From NCBI GenBank assembly GCA_016839555.1, contig JAEOUA010000008.1:192001-256000 (forward strand): a DNA stretch of 64,000 nucleotides. Direction: 5' to 3'. Shown in pieces: positions 29,998-40,030 of the stretch; position 1 is the stretch's first letter, and each line of letters starts with the position of its first letter. Source of the DNA: Promethearchaeota archaeon (GTDB taxonomy: Archaea > Asgardarchaeota > Lokiarchaeia > Sigyniarchaeales > SOKP01). A model generated the notes under the pieces. It was not told the origin of the DNA. It saw only the letters and a list, made by a program, of their open reading frames with translations, and searched no databases. Position numbers and translations under genes: made by a program.

Positions 29998-31656
29998 TTA
30001 AAATTGCTTTCCACAGCTAATACAATATTTATTTCTCTTTTTATTTTCAAAACCGCACTTATCGCAGACTTTAATATACTTATGACTCTGTGATTCTTGA
30101 TTACTTTGTTTTAAATGTTTTATCTTTCTCTTCATTAAATATGAAGAAGTGAAAACAGTGGCAATAGAAATTAAAATAACACTTGCAATTAGTATGAGTA
30201 AGTTATATATATATTGCGAGTCTAAATTCGACTCAGAATCAGCGGGATCTTTTTGGTTTTTGATTTCAGCTCCGTCTGAATCTCCATCTCCATCAGAGTC
30301 CCAATTCAATGGATTTGTGTTCGTAATATACACTTCAAATCCATCTAATAATCCATCAATATCACTATCAGGATGTAGTGGGTTTGTCAAACCATAATAT
30401 TCATCATAATCATTAAGAAAGTCATGGTCTGTATCACTATTTTGAGGATTTAATCCTCTAAACAGTTCCAATACATCTTCAAGACCATCATTATCAATAT
30501 CTGTCGAATTGCTTCGAGAAAAAAGTCGTTTTTTATTACCTAGCACTTCTGCAAAAAAGCCCCATGAACTAGCAGATTTATTATTAGAGTAATTTATCGT
30601 TCCATTATAAGATTCAAATCCGTGTTCTGTCGTTGAACTTTCGGTTAAATCATATATTTTATAATCCAATTTATTGAGTGATTGGTTGTAAAAAGTAGTA
30701 ATTATTTTTAAATTCTCTATTAAACCCGTACCGTATATTGTAAAATTATATGCAAATCTCCCTTCAAAAGAATAAAAAAGTGGTCGAATTAAAATCGTAT
30801 TTAAAACTGAAACTCCAGAAATTTGATTATTTTGTTGTGGCTCAAAATAAAAATTTTGTGGTGGGTCAAAATAATAGCCGAACATAAATGAGAATACTTC
30901 ACACTCTTGTTTAGCATAAGCAAATATCTCTTCCATTGAAAGTACACCATCATCGTTTGAATCTGTTGCCTTTTTGGCGCCTTCTTTGAAAAAATATGTA
31001 AATACGGAACTCTGCAGAAGATACGTTTGGAAACAGGTTTCAAAGCTCCTGCATGACGTCATAATATGTACTCCTGAACCACTTGTTTCAGGGATGAACC
31101 CCCCACTATAACACGTATCCAAGATTACATATTTCTCACTACAATTTAATGAGTTTATTTTGGACGCTAAACTTTGGTCTGACATGGTAGACCAATCGTA
31201 AAAGCAAATTTTGTTTGTAGAATCAAAAGTTCCATGTCCTGTGAAATAAAATACAAATACATCATTTTCTGTTATTTTGGAGGCAATTTTATTGAAAGCC
31301 TTAGAGATTGTATGGGGAGATGCTTCTGTATCCTTTAAATATATAATATTACTATCAGCAAAATTGTATTCATTTTTCAGCAAATTCCAAATTTTCCCAG
31401 AACTATGTAAGGAGTATGGTAAATCGTCTTGGTTTCCGACATAGCCATAACTCTTAACCCCAATTATTATAGCGTAAGCATTTTTGGGTTTTAATGAACT
31501 TTGGCTTGACTCTATTTGTTCTTCTTGTTTTAGGGAATATGAATAGTCTATATTTTGTTTATCAACCTGAGCTAAAGGAATATTATATAATAACATGGTT
31601 GTTGATATAAACATAAATAAAATGAAAAAACAGCATACTATATTTATTTTCTTCAT
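29998..31656 (-). CDS. Secreted/membrane-anchored caspase-family (peptidase C14) protease with Ca-binding DxDxDG repeats and C-terminal Zn ribbon
   Basis: N-terminal hydrophobic signal; YFTGHG and ILDTCYSG dyad; four DxDxD repeats; TM helix; CDKC..CISCG. Confidence 0.85.
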   Translation of the reverse strand: MKKINIVCCFFILFMFISTTMLLYNIPLAQVDKQNIDYSYSLKQEEQIESSQSSLKPKNAYAIIIGVKSYGYVGNQDDLPYSLHSSGKIWNLLKNEYNFADSNIIYLKDTEASPHTISKAFNKIASKITENDVFVFYFTGHGTFDSTNKICFYDWSTMSDQSLASKINSLNCSEKYVILDTCYSGGFIPETSGSGVHIMTSCRSFETCFQTYLLQSSVFTYFFKEGAKKATDSNDDGVLSMEEIFAYAKQECEVFSFMFGYYFDPPQNFYFEPQQNNQISGVSVLNTILIRPLFYSFEGRFAYNFTIYGTGLIENLKIITTFYNQSLNKLDYKIYDLTESSTTEHGFESYNGTINYSNNKSASSWGFFAEVLGNKKRLFSRSNSTDIDNDGLEDVLELFRGLNPQNSDTDHDFLNDYDEYYGLTNPLHPDSDIDGLLDGFEVYITNTNPLNWDSDGDGDSDGAEIKNQKDPADSESNLDSQYIYNLLILIASVILISIATVFTSSYLMKRKIKHLKQSNQESQSHKYIKVCDKCGFENKKRNKYCISCGKQF

Positions 31657-31877
31657 ATTTTCTAAATTTACTTTTAAAGTAATTATTTAAACATAGTGAA
31701 GTTTTTATGCTGTTCTTTAAATTCTTTTTTTATATCTTTATTATTTAGCAAAAATAGAAATTAGATATGTTTTTAAGAGCATTCTTATAATAAAAATAAG
31801 CATTATTTTCGGATTTTAATTTTAAAATTATTTCTAAATAAATAATATCTACTAAATATTTTAACTAAAGTGATATA

Positions 31878-32162
31878 TTGTTGGAGGGGAAGAATAGAAA
31901 ATATTTATTGGAAGATTTACTGGGTTCTCGGGCAAGAGTAAAGATATTGAAAATTATAGCAAATGAAGGGGAAATAAATGTCAGTGCGCTCATTAGAAAG
32001 GCTAAAGTAAATCATAAAAATGCTCAAAAACATCTTAAATATCTTAAAGAAGTTAAGCTGGTTGAGCAAAAAAATTTTGGCCGTATAAAAATATTTAGAT
32101 TTAAGAAAGAGAATGTGAAAGCTAAAAGTTTTAAATGCTTTTTGGCTATATGGGAGAATTAA
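31878..32162 (+). CDS. ArsR-like winged-helix transcriptional regulator
   Basis: LGSRARVKIL..INVSAL..HLKYLKEVKLV...FGRIKIFR. Confidence 0.8.
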   Translation: MLEGKNRKYLLEDLLGSRARVKILKIIANEGEINVSALIRKAKVNHKNAQKHLKYLKEVKLVEQKNFGRIKIFRFKKENVKAKSFKCFLAIWEN

Positions 32163-32282
32163 TAACTCTTAAGAATTCATTGAATTATAAAGATAATTTA
32201 TAAATTGAAGTTAGAAACAATCTTTTTAACTATAAGGTTTAAGGGCAAATTAAAAAATTAAGTCAAAATTTTCGAGGAAGAT

Positions 32283-32669
32283 ATGGTTGAATTAATATCA
32301 ATGGCTAAAAAGAGAATGGGGAAAGATGTTTTTCTATTTTCGTCAAAGTATTATTTGGTTTTTAAATCTATTATGAAAGATTAAGAAATTATAAAGAAAT
32401 ATGAAGCTTTGTTCGTGTGGTATATTAAGAATCTTTTGTCTGAAATTCCTAATGAATAGATTTACATAAGAAATAGCTACATAAAAAACTTATCAGAAGA
32501 TTTTGCCGAGATAGCGTTTAGTATTTGTTTCCAATTTTTGATGTGGCGAGGATTAGTATTTTTAAAAGAAAAGAGTCATACTTTAGAAAAAAAATTGGTT
32601 AATGAAAATTTTTCGAGTAGTTTAAATAAGAGAAAAAAGAAGATAAGATGCTCTTTTAGAGCGTTGTAA
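32283..32669 (+). pseudogene. Degraded hypothetical gene with two in-frame stops
   Basis: ATG 32283 ..MKD*EIIKKYE..PNE*IYIRN.. to TAA 32669, one continuous frame. Confidence 0.5.
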
Positions 32670-32750
32670 GGGAAAGTAAAAATGATTCTGGAAGCCCGCT
32701 AATATGATATTTTAATCTTTTTTTTATGTGTCCCTTCTCTCTCTTAAAAG
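32640..32750. repeat. About 110-nt imperfect inverted-repeat element, copy B
   Basis: CTTTTAGAGCGTTGTAAGGGA ... TCCCTTCTCTCTCTTAAAAG; right arm nearly identical to copy A. Confidence 0.6.
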
Positions 32751-33028
32751 GGCAGTTCTTTTTTTAATAGATATATTAAAGGGAAGTTGTATGAATTAGC
32801 TTTTGATTCAGAAAATTACAAGTTTTTATGTTTAGTTTTAGATTAGAATGTAAAATTAGAAGGGAAAAGAATAATGTCGACAAGAGAATTTTAGGGGAGA
32901 TTAAGGAGTATTTAAAGGAATACGAGTTAATTGTGTAAATGGAAATTTTTAATTTTTTAATAAACCACTTAGATTTTTTTTGATACCCCTTAATATTCAT
33001 TTTCGATATTTCTAAAGGAGAAGTGTGA

Positions 33029-33828
33029 ATGAGTAAAGAAAAAATCAAAAAGGAAAAAAAAATAGATTTTTTGAAATTAGTTGACAATATTTCCTACAAT
33101 AATAAAAAGGTAATTGATAAAAAAAACAGTTTTCAGAAAATTGGATGGAATACTCCCGTTAAAGCAGAAGGCAACCCTCAAGACATAGTAAATGAAATAG
33201 TCAATTTAATAGAAAGTAATTACAATAAATTTGGAACTTGGGGAAATGCATTTGATTATATATTAGATTTAATTCTCTATACACTTACAAATCAAGAAGA
33301 AAAATATCTTTCTGTCGCTAAAGAAATTAATAAAGACGCAATTCTGGTAATCCCCAAAATTTTCGGTCTTCTTTTAGATGCTTTCTGCAATAAGTATTTA
33401 ATCTATGACTATTTAGGTCAAGTGTATATGAGAATAGCATATAAAAGCAAACAAGAATATTTTGGGCAGTATTTTACTCCATTCAATCTTGCAACTCTAT
33501 TGGCTACCATATTAATTCCAGATCCAAAGAAAGTGATTGAAGACGCAATAATAAGAGGAAAGAAAATCATGTTAAACGAGCCTGCAATGGGCTCGGGAGT
33601 GCTTTTTCTAGCCATTAAAAAAATTGTCATTGAAACTATCGGATTAGCGGGGCTGGATAATTTTCAGTTCATCGGGCAAGACATAGACGGGGTTACGTGA
33701 AAATGGCAAAACTCCAAATGATTATGACGGATTATCGCTATATGGCTAACTTTCTATTGGTAAGATATTCAGAAATTAGAAAAATGATTAGAAGATTACA
33801 TAAAAATCCTAATGGGATCAACAGATAA
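33029..33828 (+). pseudogene. N-6 adenine DNA methyltransferase-like gene, frameshifted
   Basis: DYLGQVYM, GQYFTP, EPAMGSG, GQDID; the frame shifts near 33698 into KMAKLQM; no NPPY motif. Confidence 0.75.
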
Positions 33829-34079
33829 AGTACCGAGCTTCAATTTTATTTATAATGCCACACTGATGAAATATGTAGATGGGAAAAAAATTTTTGTTTG
33901 GAATAGTTATCTTTTCTTTTTTATTTTCTAAATTAACATTTTTTAAATTTTAGTATAAAATATGCTAATTTATAAGTTTATATCTATATATACGATGTTA
34001 ATATTCATATAAACTCACTTAGTTTACATCTATATTAACATTGTTTATACCTATATAAACTATGAAATAGAAGTGTAAG

Positions 34080-34613
34080 ATGTCGATTAATGTTGGATTA
34101 ACCCATATTCAGAAAGTTTTATTGTTTTTATTAGCAAACAAAAGTAAGACCAGAATAATTCATTTTCAAGACATACAAGAACATTTAAATAGATCAAAAA
34201 GCCAAGTATCATTACTCTTAACAAGAATGGAAGAAGAAAATCTTATAAACCGATCCTATGTACGACCTCAACCTATTGGGATAACTGATCACGGAGAAGA
34301 AAGAATTAGGAATGAATGTATTGCAATTTTTAGATCTTATTTGTTTTCTCCTAATAAGAAAAAAGCAAAATCTAAAAAAGATCAGGAGAAGAACATTCTT
34401 AAACTAAAAAAGCAAAAAATTTTACAAATGTTAAACCTTGCTACAATTCAAAAATTTTTAGAAAAAATGGAAGAAATGATTAATACAGAATTTGGAGATA
34501 TCGATGATTATGTTATGAAGGCTAAATTAAATGAATTAAAAAATACTCTAATTGATAAAATTGATTTTTTACTAAGCGAGTTGTTTAAAAGAATTAAGCA
34601 AAAAATAAAGTAA
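34080..34613 (+). CDS. MarR-like winged-helix regulator
   Basis: LTHIQ..LL..IQEHLNRSKSQVSLLLTRMEEENLI.R..ITDHG. Confidence 0.75.
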   Translation: MSINVGLTHIQKVLLFLLANKSKTRIIHFQDIQEHLNRSKSQVSLLLTRMEEENLINRSYVRPQPIGITDHGEERIRNECIAIFRSYLFSPNKKKAKSKKDQEKNILKLKKQKILQMLNLATIQKFLEKMEEMINTEFGDIDDYVMKAKLNELKNTLIDKIDFLLSELFKRIKQKIK

Positions 34614-34812
34614 GTAGCATTGTTACAGACCGTCGAATTTCATTTTAAAAAAGTATGTTCTTTAAGGGTTACTTCTCCATTAATAAGGAAATTAATTTGA
34701 AACATTGTGTAGGACACTATTGCTAAGTTTTATTTTATTGGACTTATTTTCTAAGTATTTTTACATTTTGATTTCAAATGGGTGGTGAAGGTTGGTATAA
34801 ATATCATAAGAA

Positions 34813-34847
34813 GAGAGGCTACGATTCTACCACTATACCACGAGCGC
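34813..34847 (-). pseudogene. Orphan 5' half of a tRNA (Gly-like acceptor stem), ending in the anticodon loop
   Basis: Minus strand GCGCTCG TG GTAT AGTGGTA GAAT C GTAGC CT CTC; no 3' anticodon stem, T arm or CGAGCGC follows. Confidence 0.7.
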
Positions 34848-34998
34848 TCAAAACAAGAATTACATAGTAAAAAACTTAAGAAACAATTAAAATTTAACGA
34901 AATATTTCTTAGGATTCAATAAATGATTTTTAGCTACGAAAAATATTATTTTTATAAAAAAAATAATAATATAAAAAATTAGTTTTATTTTAGAGATA

Positions 34999-35650
34999 AT
35001 GCCAGCTAAAAACCCAAATTTTAAAATACTTTACTTTACACCTCACGCGGATGACATAGAGCTTGGAGTGCCCTTTATGTAACTGGAAACCTTAAGATTG
35101 GCCAATGAAGTTGTTGAAGTTATTATGACCAATAATGAATACGGAATTACAGAAGATGAGTTTAAAGGAAAGCGTCTCACCAAAATTAGGGAATTAGAAG
35201 TTAAAAAAGCAAAAAGCATATTCGAGAATGCAACTGAAAACAAAATTCGAGTCATTAGGATGGGATATATCAATGGGCACTTATCATTAAATAAAAGCTC
35301 TATAAATATTGTGTCTAATTTACTTCTTTGAGAAAAGCCAAACATTATTTTTATTCCCGATCCGTAGTACGTGCAAGATTTTCATGCAGATCATCTAAAT
35401 ACTGGACTTTGGGTATATTTTTCTCTAAAAAAAATTGGGAAATCATTCAAACCCCAGAGATTATTTTATTATTACTCTACGTAAAATTTTTATTATCTGA
35501 AATGCAATTGGAAAGATTTTGATATAGTAGAAAAAGCTATAGCAAGCCATAAAAGTCAATATAGTCCTTTGGAAAGTAAATTAATTATTTGGTTCTACAA
35601 TAAATTTAATATATTTTGGCATTATTTAAAGAAGGGGAAGATAAAAATAA
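34999..35650 (+). pseudogene. PIG-L/LmbE family deacetylase pseudogene
   Basis: PHADDIELG and DFHADH motifs in one frame broken by TAA (35080), TGA (35329) and a TAG; 3' end approximate. Confidence 0.8.
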
Positions 35651-35766
35651 TATATTTGGTTGCTTCATTTTTTTATACTATTCAAAATAACCTTTTTTAA
35701 TATTTATTTGAATTATTTCAATTTTATTTTAGTTTTAAGATTTTCACTCTGCTTTTTTTTAAAAAT

Positions 35767-36402
35767 TTAAGAGAGATTAGATTTAATTAATGAGAGAGCT
35801 TTATTTACTCGGTGTTTAATTTCATCAAAATTTTTGGTTGAAATCAATTCTTTTTTAACAATCCAGCTTCCTCCACATGCAAAAACATTTTTTAATTTAA
35901 GGTATTTTAACAAGCTTTCATTATTAATACCACCAGTAGGCATGAATTTTGCTTTCGGATATGGACCAGAAAGTATTTTTAACATTTTTGTACCTCCAGA
36001 TATGTCTGCAGGATAAAATTTAAAATGTGTCAAACCTTTTTCTAACCCCCATTCGATAAATGTAGGAATATTTAAACCGGGAATGATAGGAATTCTATTT
36101 TCAACACAATAATTAATTATAGTAGGATTAAAACCCGGAGTAACAATAAACATAGATCCCGCATTCATTGCTGCTTTAACCTGTTCGATTTTTAGTACTG
36201 TTCCAGCTCCAATAACCATCTCTGGAAAATTTTTTTTAATTAATGATATACATCTAGCTGCAACATCAGTTCTAAATGTAATTTCAATGATTGGCAGATT
36301 TACGTCTAAAAGAGTCTTTGCCAATGGAATAGCATTGTCAATATTTTCTATAACAACCACAGGAACTAATCTTAGTTCTTCAAACTTTTTATAAATTTCC
36401 AT
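35767..36402 (-). CDS. eda: KDPG/KHG aldolase
   Basis: IEITFRT, GAGTVL, FIVTPG, FKFYPA, FMPTGGI, GGSW. Confidence 0.92.
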   Translation of the reverse strand: MEIYKKFEELRLVPVVVIENIDNAIPLAKTLLDVNLPIIEITFRTDVAARCISLIKKNFPEMVIGAGTVLKIEQVKAAMNAGSMFIVTPGFNPTIINYCVENRIPIIPGLNIPTFIEWGLEKGLTHFKFYPADISGGTKMLKILSGPYPKAKFMPTGGINNESLLKYLKLKNVFACGGSWIVKKELISTKNFDEIKHRVNKALSLIKSNLS

Positions 36403-36487
36403 TTTTCTTAATAATTTGAACTTCTAATTTGATTTATAATATTTTTTTATTAATTGTAATTATATTTTAAATTCTTAATACCAGTTC

Positions 36488-38308
36488 TCAGATTTTATAT
36501 TTTTCTATCTGATAACATAAATTTACCATAGGTACTATAATTTGAAAATCGAGTATGTTCTGATTCTTTAAGAACTCTAATTCTTTTTCATCAACAGTGT
36601 TATAAGCAAACATCCCAAAATGATGAACAATTAGTAATTTAATACTAGTTTTCTTACATAAATCAAGTACTTCAGAGATTTTAAAATTTCCTGGGATACC
36701 ATGTTTTAGCCGATATTCATCTCTACCATTAATTGGAAGAAGAGCAATATCAACCTTATAGGATTTGATTTTATCATCAAGTCCACTATAGAAAATGCAA
36801 TCACCCGAATGATACATATTAATATCTCCAAATCTAAAAATATATCCTAAAAATGAATGTTCTCCTTTTTCATTTATTTTAAACTCCTCATGGGCAGCAG
36901 GAATGGGAAAAACTTTTATATAATCGTTTAATGTAATTCCCTGGTACACATTCGCTCCGATTATTTGCCCTTTTTTTATACCCCTTTTTACTGCTTCTTC
37001 AATTTCAGCCTTAGGAACAATAAATTTACACTCTGGATTATAATTTGAAATAAAACTTAGAGTTTCTGGGTCTAAATGATCTGTATGAGGATGAGTACTA
37101 AATACAAAATCAACATTTCTTACTTTTTCGGGAGATATCGGAGGATCCATAAGTCTTATATGAGGAAAAATAGTCCCTTTATATTTTTTAGACAAGTAAT
37201 CTGATAAATATGGATCGATGATAATATTCTTTCCTCTATATTTAATAATAAATCCTGCTTGTCCGAGCCATGTTAGTTGAATTTCATTTATATTATTATT
37301 TTCGTTTGTAAGAAAGGATTCTATAGAATTTATTTTTTTTATATGTAATGCAATTTGCTTTTGTCTAAAAAATTTTATAATGTTATTAACGGCAGTTTTG
37401 GCGGCTCTATTAATACTCTCAATTGTATATCCTCCAATATGAGGTGTTATTATTGTGTTTTTGTGTTTAAGTAAATCATCTAATTGAGGAGGTTCATTAT
37501 CGTATACATCAGTTGCATAGATTCTTATTTTTCCAGAATTTAATCCTTCTAAAATTTCATTTTTATCAACAACTTTTGCTCTAGCAGTATTAATAAGAAT
37601 TATACCCTCTTTCATTTGATTTATAGCTGATTTATCAATTAAGGGTTTATCAGTGGGAGGACAATGGAGGGTAATAATATCACTTTCTTTAAAAAGTACT
37701 TGTAAGGAAGTAAAATTAAAAGAAGGTAATGGATTTAAGTTTTTATCAGGATTGATATCATAGGCAAGAACTTTCATACCTAAAGAAAATGCCATCTTAC
37801 AGACCCTTTTTCCGATATTTCCAATTCCAATTACTCCTAAAGTTTTATTAGCAATCTCCATACCTTTAACACGAGACCAAATTCCCTTTTTAAGTTGATT
37901 ATTACAAAAAGGAATAGATCGAACTGAACTGAAGATCAAAGCCATAGTGAGTTCAGCAACTCCTTGCGCATTTGATTCTGGTGCAATTTTAATTTTAATT
38001 CCTAACTCATTTGCTGCATTTAAATCGATATTATCAATCCCGACTCCATTTCGGCTAATAATTTTTAGATTTTTTGACTTTTCAAGAACTTTTTTTGATA
38101 TTGGTTCAATTCCCGCAAGATAAGCTTCACATTGAGGTAATATTCTAAGTTGATCTTCTTCCGTAGGTTGAACACCTGGATTGGCAAATATGAGTTCGAA
38201 TCCCTCCTTTTCAAGCTTTTCCAAAGAGGGATGACCATTTTTAGTTATTGATCTTGGAGTAATATAAACTTTTTTCATATTATCATTTACCAATTTTAGG
38301 ATTTCCAC
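36488..38308 (-). CDS. Fusion: D-isomer 2-hydroxyacid dehydrogenase (SerA-like) plus MBL-fold hydrolase (UlaG-like)
   Basis: SRNGVGIDNID, GIGNIG, INTAR, TPHIGG; then WLGQAG, IDPYLS, THPHTDHLD, HSGD, HHFGMF. Confidence 0.85.
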   Translation of the reverse strand: MEILKLVNDNMKKVYITPRSITKNGHPSLEKLEKEGFELIFANPGVQPTEEDQLRILPQCEAYLAGIEPISKKVLEKSKNLKIISRNGVGIDNIDLNAANELGIKIKIAPESNAQGVAELTMALIFSSVRSIPFCNNQLKKGIWSRVKGMEIANKTLGVIGIGNIGKRVCKMAFSLGMKVLAYDINPDKNLNPLPSFNFTSLQVLFKESDIITLHCPPTDKPLIDKSAINQMKEGIILINTARAKVVDKNEILEGLNSGKIRIYATDVYDNEPPQLDDLLKHKNTIITPHIGGYTIESINRAAKTAVNNIIKFFRQKQIALHIKKINSIESFLTNENNNINEIQLTWLGQAGFIIKYRGKNIIIDPYLSDYLSKKYKGTIFPHIRLMDPPISPEKVRNVDFVFSTHPHTDHLDPETLSFISNYNPECKFIVPKAEIEEAVKRGIKKGQIIGANVYQGITLNDYIKVFPIPAAHEEFKINEKGEHSFLGYIFRFGDINMYHSGDCIFYSGLDDKIKSYKVDIALLPINGRDEYRLKHGIPGNFKISEVLDLCKKTSIKLLIVHHFGMFAYNTVDEKELEFLKNQNILDFQIIVPMVNLCYQIEKYKI

Positions 38309-38895
38309 TTAGGATTATCTATTAATGTAGGTTTATCATTCTGTTCTATCATTAATTTTCTAAAACCTTTCTTTTCTATAGTTTTGTAATCATGACCCGC
38401 ATCAGCCCTAAAACTAAAGAATAGAATTAATGGCTGATCTGGTGATATGTTTATACTTCTATGAGCAAATCTTGGTGGAACATATACAGAAATTCCGGGT
38501 TTCATTTCTCTTACTTCTACATCTCCTTCTGGATTTTCCATTAATAAATAACCATAACCTCTAAGGCAATAATATATTTCTGCTGTTTCTATTTTCTCAT
38601 GGAAATGCCCTTTTGTCATAAAATATTCTGCACCAACCTTTCCGGGATATACTATAGTTGTTCCATAAGCTAACTCTGAGGGATCTGCTTTAATACCCAA
38701 ATCATAAAATTCATAAACAATCAGATCCCTTCTTTTAACAATTTCTTTTAGTTTATTATTATCAAAATACATACCTTCCATATCCGAAAGCATCCGTTTT
38801 TTTGATTCAATTTCCGGAGAAATTCCAGTCTCCAAATTAAATTTAATCACTTTAGATTTTAGCTCATTATTCTTTCTCTTCATCTTTATTTGCAA
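38296..38895 (-). CDS. Cupin-type glucose-6-phosphate isomerase family
   Basis: PGKVG.EYFMTKGHFH, E.YY, HRSIN, AGHDY. Confidence 0.9.
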   Translation of the reverse strand: MQIKMKRKNNELKSKVIKFNLETGISPEIESKKRMLSDMEGMYFDNNKLKEIVKRRDLIVYEFYDLGIKADPSELAYGTTIVYPGKVGAEYFMTKGHFHEKIETAEIYYCLRGYGYLLMENPEGDVEVREMKPGISVYVPPRFAHRSINISPDQPLILFFSFRADAGHDYKTIEKKGFRKLMIEQNDKPTLIDNPKWKS

Positions 38896-38902
38896 ACACT
38901 TT

Positions 38903-39850
38903 TTATTTTGCTTCTATAGCTATATTAGAAATTTTTTCAAATTCTGGACCACTTGTTGGAATTTTTATATGGAAAACTTCAGCAATAACCCTCGTCCAAC
39001 CATATAGAAAATAGGTCCAACCATTTTCTACATGAAGCTCTTTTTCTTTTTGTTGGGCTCTTGCTTGATCTAAAAATACCAGATCTCCTCTATAATTATA
39101 ATCCCAAGCAAAACCTTTTTTTGGAAATTCTGCATTATTTGTAATGGGGGATCCTGGAGAATCCTTACCTAAACCCGTTCCATTAATAATTAATGATCCT
39201 TCTTTAAGTTGATTTACAATTGCATCATTATCTTCCGAATTAGGATTATGAAAATATTCCATATTTATACCTGTATTTATTTGCTCATGAATTATTTTCA
39301 TTTTTTCTAATCTTGGGGTGCTTCTATTTGCTATATAAAGTTTTGAGGGTTTATTATCGGATTCGAGTTCTTGCATAATGTATGCTGTTAATGCCAATGA
39401 TGCGCCCCCCGCTCCTATAATAAATATTTCTGCATTAGTTTTTTTCCAATGATTCTTAGGAATAAAAGACTCAAAGGCTAATCCAGCAGTGATAGGATCT
39501 TTAGCATGCCCCCATAATTCTCCATTTCTCTTGGAGATACAGCTTACCTCACCTAAAAGTTTTGTATAATATCCCACACTATCGAAGTAATCCTTTGCTG
39601 CTTCATAGAGATCGATTTTATGTGAGGTCACTAGTGCACCTAAAGAATTTTTGTCCTTCTTTATAAATTTTACAACTTTTCTATATTTTTCTGGTTGGTC
39701 ATGAATTTTATAGTTAATTCCTATAAATGATTTAGATATTCCAAAATATTCTGCCCATTTTGGATACACACGCATAATTGAGGATTGATGAGTTGAAACT
39801 CCGATATAATAAAATGTAGGAACTTTTCTTGGTGTAAAGTCAAAATTCAA
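38903..39850 (-). CDS. Shikimate dehydrogenase-like NAD(P)-dependent oxidoreductase
   Basis: VTSHK, GAGGA, NRS, INGTGLG, ENGW; divergent from AroE. Confidence 0.75.
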   Translation of the reverse strand: MNFDFTPRKVPTFYYIGVSTHQSSIMRVYPKWAEYFGISKSFIGINYKIHDQPEKYRKVVKFIKKDKNSLGALVTSHKIDLYEAAKDYFDSVGYYTKLLGEVSCISKRNGELWGHAKDPITAGLAFESFIPKNHWKKTNAEIFIIGAGGASLALTAYIMQELESDNKPSKLYIANRSTPRLEKMKIIHEQINTGINMEYFHNPNSEDNDAIVNQLKEGSLIINGTGLGKDSPGSPITNNAEFPKKGFAWDYNYRGDLVFLDQARAQQKEKELHVENGWTYFLYGWTRVIAEVFHIKIPTSGPEFEKISNIAIEAK

Positions 39851-40030
39851 TACCTATCATCTATAGTCAATTTTATTAGTTTTATGTTAATATATGTTAA
39901 AATTTATTAACATTTATAAACATTAAATACTTAAAATAAAAATTATTAATTTGTTCTAATTAAAAATAAAATAGAAAAATATAATTATAATTCTATAAAT
40001 CCAATAAAAATTAAAGTTCCTTTCTTAATA

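Noticed and set aside
11895-32459. Pyrrolysine/amber recoding suggested by several in-frame TAGs (11895, 16447, 24374, about 32457)
   Set aside because: In-frame TAA and TGA stops and frameshifts occur in the same region, TAG ends intact genes (41527, 47819), and no pyl genes are present. Decay is the simpler explanation.
32776-33087. 103-aa minus-strand ORF and the many other 60-130 aa ORFs overlapping long genes
   Set aside because: Low-complexity antisense or alternate-frame shadows with no motifs.
1-35000. Calling the left half an intact provirus or integrative element
   Set aside because: No integrase, capsid, terminase, replication or transposase gene is recognisable in the window.
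38903-39850. Calling this gene aroE
   Set aside because: The N-terminal substrate motifs are divergent and the context is sugar catabolism, not aromatic biosynthesis.
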